The position numbers and the translations under genes are program-made. Positions 9,050 to 16,633 of a DNA stretch of 32,841 bases are shown here, piece after piece (position 1 is the first letter of the stretch; each line of letters starts with the position of its first letter). The notes under the pieces were generated by a model that had not been told where the DNA came from, did no database searches, and worked only from the letters and a program-made list of their open reading frames with translations. Origin of the DNA: Bacteriovoracaceae bacterium (GTDB lineage Bacteria > Bdellovibrionota > Bacteriovoracia > Bacteriovoracales > Bacteriovoracaceae); NCBI GenBank assembly GCA_049599895.1, contig JBMYPC010000016.1:1-32841 (forward strand), read 5' to 3'.

Positions 9050-9697
9050 TTAATAACCTTTAAGAATCTTTGCAGCTTCTTCACTAAGTCTTTGATCTTC
9101 AGTTTTTTCAGCTGGAGTTGCTGCCTTAGCTTCTCCCTCACCTTCTGCAGATTCCTCAGCTTTTGCCTCGCTAGCTTCTTTGGCTTCTTTTTCTTCAAGA
9201 ACCTTAGCTTTTTTCATTTCTTCTTCACGTTTTTTGATTTCTTCAATCTGCTTAGGATCTTGAGTAACGCTAACTTTAAATTCAGCTTCTACACCTTGAA
9301 AAAACTTCACTTTAATATCGAATGTTCCAAGAGCTTTGATTGGGTTAGCAATAACGAGATGTCTTTTCTCAACATCAAATCCAGCATCGTTAAGAAGTTT
9401 ACTAAGTTCAGTTGAAGTAACTGTTCCAAAAAGTTTTCCACCTGTAGAAACTCTTCTTACAATATCAACTTGGTGTCCATTAAGCTTAGAGCTAACATCT
9501 TTAGCATAAGATTTTTGCTCATCGATTTTCTTAGCAAGTTTCTTTTGTTGATTCTCAAGAACTTTTTTATTTGATTCATCTGCGAAGACCGCAAGGTTTC
9601 TTGGTAATAAATAATTTCTCCCGTATCCAGGCGAAACATTTACAATATCACCAACGTTTCCAAGGGATTGAACTCTCTCAGTAAGAATAACTTTCAT
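9050..9697 (-). CDS. rplI: 50S ribosomal protein L9 with a long charged C-terminal extension
   Basis: MKVILTERVQSLG..GYGRNYLLP and GKLFGTVT motifs; GGAGG SD before ATG at 9697. Confidence 0.95.
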   Translation of the reverse strand: MKVILTERVQSLGNVGDIVNVSPGYGRNYLLPRNLAVFADESNKKVLENQQKKLAKKIDEQKSYAKDVSSKLNGHQVDIVRRVSTGGKLFGTVTSTELSKLLNDAGFDVEKRHLVIANPIKALGTFDIKVKFFQGVEAEFKVSVTQDPKQIEEIKKREEEMKKAKVLEEKEAKEASEAKAEESAEGEGEAKAATPAEKTEDQRLSEEAAKILKGY

Positions 9698-9786
9698 TTC
9701 AGGTCCTCCAGCATATATCACACAGCGTCATTTGATTATTTTCTTTCCGTTTGATATCACATTCCTCATGGAAATCAAATGAGAAA

Positions 9787-10758
9787 TCAAGTTTCTGGGC
9801 CAGTTTTTGGCCTTAAAAATTTTCTAAAATTAATCCATCCATCAAAAACCCCAAAAAGCACCACAATCTGCCACGCCATCGTAACAGTCAGCAGCACTAA
9901 AAAGGTTCTTAAGAAGCTTCGAATCCGTAGGTAGTCCAATAAAGTTATATAAAGTCCAAAGCCTTGGAAGAAATAAAATAATCCAATTCCATAAAGAAGG
10001 TTGCTTCCTAAAACAATAAGAGCGTCACCCCAAATATAGTCCCCAGCAACCCTTAGAGTGAGGGCAAGAATTAAAGGCCAAAGCATGACATCGGGAACTT
10101 TAAAATGAACTAACTCTTTTACGGTATAAGGATAGGCGTGACGGATCTTCCAAAGAAGAGAATTACGTAAAACTAAAAATAATGTTGCCCAGAAAGTAAA
10201 AAAGATCGTGATAAAAATCACAGAGGGCATCCAATTGATAATATCTTTTGCAAAGGCCTTTGGATCACTGAGAAAGTCCTCAAGAAGCCGTGCCTGTTCT
10301 CCGCCAGCAGAGATGAGTTCTTTGTTTTGAAGTTTCATTTGCTCAAAAAGTTCTAGGACCTTTGCTTCAACAAGGCCTGTAATGGAGCCACCTTCAAGGA
10401 TAACAACTCCTAGAAGAAGGACAAAGATCACGCCCACAACAGCAAGGCCAAATGTCAGAAGGCCCTTTACGGGATGCCATTTCCTTAAAATGACTTCAGC
10501 ATTGAGAACCCCAATAACAGCCGAAAAGAAGTAAGCAAAAGGCATATAGGAAAGCGCAAGCATGTACATTGATAAAGCGACAGAAAAAAGCATAAAGCCA
10601 AGAACGAGAACTAAGGATTTTTGTCTTCCATAAAGAAGAACCGCAATGGTCAGAGGGACACTGGCAAACAATGAAAGCGGGCCAAAAGCACAAAGTGCCA
10701 TCGCAGTAAGCCCGAGGAAAAGAAGTTTACCGTTTGTGAGATTTTCTTGATCAATCAT
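9787..10758 (-). CDS. DUF2232/YybS-family multi-pass membrane protein
   Basis: Many TM helices, YFFQG and FGVFDGWINFRK motifs; usual position between rpsR and rplI. Confidence 0.8.
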   Translation of the reverse strand: MIDQENLTNGKLLFLGLTAMALCAFGPLSLFASVPLTIAVLLYGRQKSLVLVLGFMLFSVALSMYMLALSYMPFAYFFSAVIGVLNAEVILRKWHPVKGLLTFGLAVVGVIFVLLLGVVILEGGSITGLVEAKVLELFEQMKLQNKELISAGGEQARLLEDFLSDPKAFAKDIINWMPSVIFITIFFTFWATLFLVLRNSLLWKIRHAYPYTVKELVHFKVPDVMLWPLILALTLRVAGDYIWGDALIVLGSNLLYGIGLFYFFQGFGLYITLLDYLRIRSFLRTFLVLLTVTMAWQIVVLFGVFDGWINFRKFLRPKTGPET

Positions 10759-10772
10759 TTTCAGTACATATC

Positions 10773-10803
10773 AAAAAAAAAGGCCAGAGACATGCCCTGG
10801 CCT
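10773..10803 (-). terminator. Rho-independent terminator after rpsF-rpsR
   Basis: Minus strand AGGCCAGGG-catgt-CTCTGGCCT followed by a T run. Confidence 0.85.
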
Positions 10804-10825
10804 AAAATATTTGCTTAGATTTTTC

Positions 10826-11452
10826 TTATAAGCTTTTTGCCGTGTAGTTTGAGATTGAACTTGCGATACCAATTGCTCTTGCTCTTTTAATCGCAGTTGT
10901 TGCAAATCTTTGGTGCTTACGGCTAACACCTGAAACTCTTGCAGCAGAGATTTTTCCAAACTCGTTAATAAGCCAGTTAAAAGTTTGAGGATCTTTCCAG
11001 TCCGCTCTTACTTTTTTAGCTGTAAACCAACAAGTTCTTCTCTTAGCAAACTTTCTTCTCGATTTTGCCATGTCTGAACCTTTCTCTTCCATTTCATCAA
11101 GAGCTGATCCAGAGTATTTTTTAGAATATGGACTTCTGTAAGTCTTAACAACGTCTTCAGCCTTAAGCTTAGGACATTTAATAATAAGGTGCTTAAGAAC
11201 AACTTCAGAAATTCCAAGACGTCTGTTGACTTCAAAGTTTGTATCAGCAGGAGCTGAGTAAACAAGAACGAAAAACCTTGCAGTTTCTTTTTTGTCAGCA
11301 GTAGCTTGGGCAAAACGAACTCGTCCCCAATCATCTTCGATAAGTACTTCACCACCTGTTTCAGTGATAGCACCTTTAATGTTCTCAATGGATTTTTTGA
11401 TGTTGTCTTCACCAGCATCATCAGCGTTAGCGATTGCTAATTCGTAGATCAT
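10826..11452 (-). CDS. rpsF-rpsR: Fused 30S ribosomal protein S6-S18
   Basis: The first ~92 aa are S6 (MIYE..., GGEV..DDWGRVRFAQ, ISEVVLKHLII). The last ~75 aa are S18 (CWF, DWKD, NEFGKISAARVSG, KHQR, AIKRAR). One continuous frame with a GGAGG SD. Confidence 0.9.
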   Translation of the reverse strand: MIYELAIANADDAGEDNIKKSIENIKGAITETGGEVLIEDDWGRVRFAQATADKKETARFFVLVYSAPADTNFEVNRRLGISEVVLKHLIIKCPKLKAEDVVKTYRSPYSKKYSGSALDEMEEKGSDMAKSRRKFAKRRTCWFTAKKVRADWKDPQTFNWLINEFGKISAARVSGVSRKHQRFATTAIKRARAIGIASSISNYTAKSL

Positions 11453-11456
11453 AGAT

Positions 11457-11500
11457 CCTCCTGGGTATTGCCTATTTTCCTATACTTGAAATAAGCGAGG
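11457..11500 (-). ncRNA. Candidate S6:S18 ribosomal leader (cis-regulatory RNA)
   Basis: 5'-CCUC|GCUUAUUU-loop-AAAUAGGC|AAUACCCAG|GAGG-3': hairpin, C-rich internal bulge, and a basal stem pairing with the SD. Confidence 0.65.
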
Positions 11501-11587
11501 TTTAAAATGTTTGTCGTTTTTAGCAAGACTGACTCAGCTTGTACATAACTCAAAGCACAAATCAAGTAAACTTTCTAGGTTAAAATA

Positions 11588-11618
11588 AAAAAGCCCCTGT
11601 TAACTTTAAGGGGGGCTT
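11588..11618 (-). terminator. Rho-independent terminator after the pseudogene
   Basis: Minus strand AAAGCCCC...GGGGCTTTTTT. Confidence 0.8.
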
Positions 11619-11643
11619 TGCAAAGGTCTTTATTATTAACTAC

Positions 11644-12251
11644 TTAATACTGAATATTTCTTAGTCCACTACTTCCAAATGAACCAAAGGTCGCTTGGGA
11701 GATATCAGTACATTCCGCATTGAGCTCAGTGATACTGTTTCCTATCACTGTTCCCGGAACTGTTTCGTTATAAGTTAAGTGGCTATCGTTATCGATATGA
11801 CATTCACCTGAGTAAGATAAAGACTTGGAATTGGGTGTGGTCCAGGTCTTGGTCCAGGACCTATGCCTCCACCAGGAAGTTTTTGAAGCATATCTTTAAT
11901 CACAAGCTTCATTCTTTTTAATTCACTTTTCATTCACTTTTCTGCTCGAGGGCCAGTATTTCCGTACTCCATTCGATGAGAAATCTTTGAAATTTTTTCA
12001 GCAGAAGATTTTAGAATTTCAGCGTCGTCAACGAGTGACCCTGCGTATAGAGTCGTACTGGTTTAAATTTCCAGTACTCAACTTTGTGAAGACCGGGCGC
12101 TGACGCTTTAAGAGATTCCCTGGTCATCAAAACTGTCCGCTGGACACTTTTGCTGCTCAGTGAAAGCCTGAAACCTCAACCGGTTTCAGTATAGGTTGAA
12201 ACAAAATGCCGATGATAATGCGATGATTGATAATTTTTTAAATGCTTGCAT
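11644..12251 (-). pseudogene. Pseudogene of a ~150-aa secreted protein (insertion, in-frame TGA, frameshift)
   Basis: AAGGGAG SD, then MQAFKKLSIIALSSAFCFNLY* cut by an insertion. It continues in frame as AGSLVDDAEILKSSAEKISKISHRMEYGNTGPRAEK*MKSELKRMKLVIKDMLQKLPGGGIGPGPRPGPHPIPS, frameshifts near 11820, then reads LSYSGECHIDNDSHLTYNETVPGTVIGNSITELNAECTDISQATFGSFGSSGLRNIQY*. Confidence 0.8.
12046..12193. mobile_element. Small non-autonomous structured insertion element (MITE/PATE/REPIN-like), copy 1
   Basis: TATA at both ends; left 63 bp match copy 2 at 56/63; right-end hairpin CTGAAACC/GGTTTCAG; removing 144 bp restores the host frame. Confidence 0.8.
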
Positions 12252-12328
12252 GTTATGCTCCCTTACATAATTTTGATTGAAACTTCCGTCCCGATCCATC
12301 GAGTGAAATTTTATATGGGGAGCCTTAG

Positions 12329-12345
12329 AGCAAATGCTTTGCCAA
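12329..12345 (-). promoter_or_regulatory. Candidate sigma54 -24/-12 promoter for the pseudogene
   Basis: TTGGCAAAGCATTTGCT has exact GG-N10-GC spacing, about 80 bp upstream of ATG 12251. Confidence 0.6.
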
Positions 12346-12442
12346 CTTTTTAGACAGTTTTTGGGATCACTTTAGCCTTTTCGAAAAGGACTGGATGCAA
12401 AATGTCCCTTTTGAATGGTGTCAACACAGTCACATATCTCTC

Positions 12443-12480
12443 TTGAACTGAAAACTGCCAGGATATATACTAGTATATAT
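12443..12480 (+). promoter_or_regulatory. Sigma70 promoter with overlapping 18-bp palindromic operator; likely leaderless transcript
   Basis: TTGAAC (12443-48)-N17-TATACT (12466-71); ATG 7 nt later with no SD; perfect palindrome ATATATACTAGTATATAT at 12463-12480. Confidence 0.7.
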
Positions 12481-12946
12481 GCTACTAAGAAAAGTCATTC
12501 AATCATTTAAGAAACACAAAGTCCCCTACGCTATAGTAGGTGGTCATGCCGTCGCCCTCCATGGTGCGGTTCGTGGAACGATTGATATTGATTTCATCAT
12601 AAAATGGAGCTTGAAGAACCTAAACGCTTTTGAAAAGGCACTTAATGATATTGGTCTGCAATCAAGACTTCCCATTACTGCGGATGATCTTTTTAACTTT
12701 AAAGACGAATACATTAAAAATCGAAACCTTATTGCCTGGAACTTCACAAACGCAAGTGATCCTTCTGAGCAAATTGATCTTGTTATTAACTTCGACTTAA
12801 CCAATGCTTCTGTTAAAAAAATAAAGATTCAAAATGAAACTTATAATGTCATCTCAAAAAAAGATCTTATAAGGATGAAAAAGATCTCAGCTCGAAAGCA
12901 AGACCTTCTTGATATAGAAGCTCTGGAGAGACTCGATGAAATCTAA
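12479..12946 (+). CDS. Small nucleotidyltransferase (DUF6036/DUF2204/AbiEii-like), putative toxin
   Basis: YAIVGGHAVALHG..RGTIDIDF Pol-beta-type motif and C-terminal LIRMK..SARKQDLLD motif. Confidence 0.8.
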   Translation: MLLRKVIQSFKKHKVPYAIVGGHAVALHGAVRGTIDIDFIIKWSLKNLNAFEKALNDIGLQSRLPITADDLFNFKDEYIKNRNLIAWNFTNASDPSEQIDLVINFDLTNASVKKIKIQNETYNVISKKDLIRMKKISARKQDLLDIEALERLDEI

Positions 12947-13196
12947 AGCATTACAGAAATTTAGTGATGAATATTTAAAAAATGCGAGAACATTAAGTCC
13001 GGAGCAAGTCTTATCTTTTTTAGAGGACTTTAGACTGCTCCATGGCCATTCAGACGAAATCAAAAAATCAAAGCTTATTAGTATGAAAGTTCCTCAAAAT
13101 CTTCTTAACGCTTTCAAAAATAAAGCTCAACTTGAAAACATCCCCTACCAAACCCTTATAAAAAAGCTGATGACTGATTATTTAAAGCACTCTTAG
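12936..13196 (+). CDS. Small protein with C-terminal ribbon-helix-helix (CopG/BrnA-like), putative antitoxin
   Basis: KLISMKVPQNLLNAFKNKAQLENIPYQTLIKKLM matches the BrnA/CopG-type pattern; 11-bp overlap with the NTase gene and a GGAGAG SD. Confidence 0.75.
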   Translation: MKSKALQKFSDEYLKNARTLSPEQVLSFLEDFRLLHGHSDEIKKSKLISMKVPQNLLNAFKNKAQLENIPYQTLIKKLMTDYLKHS

Positions 13197-14773
13197 TAGT
13201 CTTGTGGAAAAATTTCATATTGCTCTAAGTGATAAGAGTTCTCTGAACGAATCTGAAGGCTCTTAGAATACTTCTCCTCAAGTTCTTCAATCATATTGTA
13301 TTCACTATCACAAAGCCTCGCAGTTACTTTGGGATGAGCATAAATAAAGACTTTCTTTCCTTTAGACTTAGAAAGAGTTTTTGTTAGCTCCCTGACAAGT
13401 TCATAGCAAACAGTGAGGGTTGATTTAATTCGTCCAGTGCCTTCACAATAAGAACAATGATCACAAAGGATTCTTGTTAGAGTGTCTCTGGTTCTTTTTC
13501 GGGTCATCTCGACAAGACCAAGTCCCGAAATAGGCATCACATTGGTTTTTGCGCGATCCTTCTTAAGAGCATCAAGTAAGCTTTGATAAACAGCTTCGCG
13601 GTTTTCTTCTTTTTCCATATCAATGAAATCGATAATGATGATCCCACCACAATTTCTAAGTCGCAGCTGATAAGCAATCTCTTTTACTGCTTCAAGGTTA
13701 TTTCTGAGAATTGTTTCTTCAAGGTTCTTTCTCCCGACAAACTTTCCTGTATTCACATCAATTGAAACCAGGGCCTCAGTCTGATCTATATTAAGAGATC
13801 CACCACTTCTAAGATAAACCTTATTTGAAAGGGCCCGTTCAATTTCCATGTCCACGCCCATTTTTTCAAAGAGAGGGACCTCACCTTCGTAGTTTTCACA
13901 CTTGCCTTTAAGGCCTGGAAGAAACTTTGAAACAAACTTTTCAACTTCTTTAGCATTTTCAGCCGTATCTACCACAATCTCTTGAACATCTTCATCGGTA
14001 ATGTCCCTTAGAATTCTTTGAATAAAATTGAGATCTTTATGAATTAACGACGCTGGCTTTGAGTCTTTCACTTTCTTCTCAACTTCTTTCCAGATTTTAA
14101 CCAGCATATTGTAATCAGCTTTAAGAGTTTTATAAGACTGACCTTCAGCGACAGTTCTCGCGATAATCCCTGTCCCCTCTGGTCTTACGGTATCAAGAAT
14201 TTCCTTTAAGCGATCACGTTCTTCATCATTTTCAATTCTTCTTGAAACACCTGTGTGTTCAATAAAAGGCATAAAAACCACATGCCTTCCCGCAAGAGTG
14301 ACATGTCTTGTCACTCGAGGTCCTTTGGTTGAGATCGGCTCTTTTGCCACCTGAACTAAAATTTCTTGGCCTTCCTTTAAGAAAGACTCGATTGAAGCAG
14401 TGTTAGGACGAAACTTCATATTCACACTTTCAGACAAAGTGCTGAATTCATCAGGAATGACTTCTCCAACTCTCTCTTTTTCTTCATTCATCTTTCTGGC
14501 CTTTTCGGCCATCTCACGTTGCTCTTCAAGACTTGGAAGATAAGCATCGTCCACATAAAGAAAAGCCGCTTTCTCCCAACCAATGTCGACAAATGCTGAT
14601 TGCATCCCAGGAAGAATTCTTAAAATTTTACCTTTATAAATGTTTCCTACTTCAGGGCGGTCTCTGTCACCAACAACTTCTCGATCAATGAGAAAATCGA
14701 TAATTTCTTCATTTTCAAGCAAAGCCGCACGACACTCGTTAAAGGTCTGATTGATAATTAATTGTTTTGTCAT
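13193..14773 (-). CDS. rng: Ribonuclease G (Rne/Rng family)
   Basis: VGNIYKG..ILPGMQSAFVDIG S1 domain, KGPRVT, IDVNTG, IIIDFIDM, GLVEMTRKR and CSYCEGTG zinc link; no RNase E scaffold tail. Confidence 0.93.
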   Translation of the reverse strand: MTKQLIINQTFNECRAALLENEEIIDFLIDREVVGDRDRPEVGNIYKGKILRILPGMQSAFVDIGWEKAAFLYVDDAYLPSLEEQREMAEKARKMNEEKERVGEVIPDEFSTLSESVNMKFRPNTASIESFLKEGQEILVQVAKEPISTKGPRVTRHVTLAGRHVVFMPFIEHTGVSRRIENDEERDRLKEILDTVRPEGTGIIARTVAEGQSYKTLKADYNMLVKIWKEVEKKVKDSKPASLIHKDLNFIQRILRDITDEDVQEIVVDTAENAKEVEKFVSKFLPGLKGKCENYEGEVPLFEKMGVDMEIERALSNKVYLRSGGSLNIDQTEALVSIDVNTGKFVGRKNLEETILRNNLEAVKEIAYQLRLRNCGGIIIIDFIDMEKEENREAVYQSLLDALKKDRAKTNVMPISGLGLVEMTRKRTRDTLTRILCDHCSYCEGTGRIKSTLTVCYELVRELTKTLSKSKGKKVFIYAHPKVTARLCDSEYNMIEELEEKYSKSLQIRSENSYHLEQYEIFPQDY

Positions 14774-14799
14774 GATATATCCTTAAATTTTTTTATTCT

Positions 14800-16014
14800 T
14801 TAAAGTAAAATTCCTGCAATGGAAGCTGTCATAAAACACGCAAGAGTTCCTGCAATTAACGACCTCATCCCAAGTTCGGCGAGAACCGTTCTCTTTGATT
14901 CTTCTAGGGCACCAATTCCGCCAATTTGAATTGCAATAGAACTAAAGTTTGCAAAACCACAAAGAGCATATGTGGAAATGATCACACTTCTTGGTGAAAG
15001 GTTGGCCATTTGATTTTGAAGATCAAGGTAAGCAACAAATTCGTTAAGAACAAGTTTCTTTCCAAGCAATCCTCCAACAATAAAACAGTCTTTCCAAGGT
15101 GCTCCTAAAAGAAAGGCCACGGGAGAAAAAAGATAGCCCATAATAAGCTCGAAGCTTAACTCTGAATAACCAAAAAGCCCCCCAACGAACCCAAGTAATC
15201 CGTTTAAAAAGGCAACCAATGCAATAAAGGCCACAAGCATCGCTGCAACATTAAGGGCGAGCTTCAATCCTTCTGCAGCTCCTTGAGAAGCGGCATCAAT
15301 GACATTGACCGATTTAACTTTAAGATCAATGGAAACATTGCCTTTAGTATTAGAAGCTTCAACTTCTGGAACCATCAGTTTCGCACATACAAGAGCAGCA
15401 GGAGCCGACATCACAGAAGCAGCAAGTAAATGTCCAGCATCAATTCCCATTCCCACATAAGTCACAAGAACTCCACCTGCGACAGTGGCCATCCCCCCTG
15501 ACATCATCGCCATTAGCTCTGATCGGGTCATTGATTTAAGATAGGGCTTGATCACAAGTGGTGCTTCGGTTTGCCCAGCAAAGACGTTCGCTGCAGCCGC
15601 TAAACTTTCAGTTCCCGATGTTCCCATTATTTTCACCATGAACCAGGCCATGACTTTAATGAAAAACTGCATCACCCCCAAGTGATAGAGAACACTCATA
15701 AAACTGCTAAAGAAAATAATTGTGGGAAGGACCATGGAAAAGAAAACAAAACCCATCTTTTCATAACTGGCCAGGCTTCCAAAAATAAACTCTGCCCCGA
15801 CTAATGAATAATCAAGAAAGCTTTTGACTGTATCTCTTGCACTGGCAAAAGCACTTTGACCAAGGTCTGTTTTGAGAATAATAATGGCAAAAAAGAGCTG
15901 CGCTAAAACTCCTGTGACAACCGTTTTCCAATTAATAGACTTTCTATTACTGGATAAAGCATAAGCGAGAGCAATACAGGCCGCTAATCCCACGAACGAA
16001 ATCAATCTTTCCAT
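14800..16014 (-). CDS. nupC: NupC/CNT-family concentrative nucleoside transporter
   Basis: VLPTIIFFS, FAGQTEAPL, GMATVAGGV, NEFVAY and LCGFANFSSIAIQIGG motifs. Confidence 0.93.
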   Translation of the reverse strand: MERLISFVGLAACIALAYALSSNRKSINWKTVVTGVLAQLFFAIIILKTDLGQSAFASARDTVKSFLDYSLVGAEFIFGSLASYEKMGFVFFSMVLPTIIFFSSFMSVLYHLGVMQFFIKVMAWFMVKIMGTSGTESLAAAANVFAGQTEAPLVIKPYLKSMTRSELMAMMSGGMATVAGGVLVTYVGMGIDAGHLLAASVMSAPAALVCAKLMVPEVEASNTKGNVSIDLKVKSVNVIDAASQGAAEGLKLALNVAAMLVAFIALVAFLNGLLGFVGGLFGYSELSFELIMGYLFSPVAFLLGAPWKDCFIVGGLLGKKLVLNEFVAYLDLQNQMANLSPRSVIISTYALCGFANFSSIAIQIGGIGALEESKRTVLAELGMRSLIAGTLACFMTASIAGILL

Positions 16015-16054
16015 TTCGAAACCTCAAGTAAAAATTTTGTGAATCGCTAAAAAA

Positions 16055-16528
16055 CTAAAAAGAAATCGGGACGGAAAGAAACGTGCCATTTTTCATCGCA
16101 CTTACTTTAGAATTTTTATTCCAGTTAAAACTTAGCTCCCCTTGAGTTTGAGGTGCTTCATATCGCCAATGATTTCTTTTATAACTTAGGTTATCTTCTA
16201 CGCTTTCTTGGCTCTTGGTCGCTTGCAGATAACCGACAATCCCAACGCCAATAATGATCCCGATTGCACCACCTGTGACAATATTCTTAAGGTGATCTCC
16301 TGGCTCTTCGTAGAAAGATAAGGTTGATAGTCCAAGGATTGCCCCAGCTCCCATCATGCCACCAACGATATAAACACTCTCTAATGAATCTGCCAAAACG
16401 GCATCTGTTCCACTAGTTGCATCATTATCTTGGGCCATACTTTGGGTTGAAAAAAGAGCTAACGCAAAGCTCATTAACGCCGCTTGGCAAAATTTTAAAT
16501 GACAAATATCAATTCGCTTGTTTCTCAT
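16055..16528 (-). CDS. Hypothetical exported protein with Gly-rich hydrophobic helices
   Basis: Signal peptide (..SMA|QD), GGMMGAGAILGLS and GGAIGIIIGVGIVG helices, terminal Phe. Confidence 0.7.
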   Translation of the reverse strand: MRNKRIDICHLKFCQAALMSFALALFSTQSMAQDNDATSGTDAVLADSLESVYIVGGMMGAGAILGLSTLSFYEEPGDHLKNIVTGGAIGIIIGVGIVGYLQATKSQESVEDNLSYKRNHWRYEAPQTQGELSFNWNKNSKVSAMKNGTFLSVPISF

Positions 16529-16633
16529 GCACTATTTCCTTGTTTATAGGATGGCATTACCTCTATAATTTTTCCACTATTTCTTCAGGAAACTTAACCG
16601 GATTATGCTCCCACAGGCAAAATTCCACAAAAA

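Noticed and set aside
9698..9721. Upstream GTG start for rplI given by the ORF track
   Set aside because: The canonical MKVIL start at 9697 has a GGAGG SD.
11934..11936. In-frame TGA as recoding (selenocysteine or alternative genetic code)
   Set aside because: The same gene has an insertion and a frameshift, and TGA terminates other genes here (punA, crcB, DUF2232), so a nonsense mutation is the simpler explanation.
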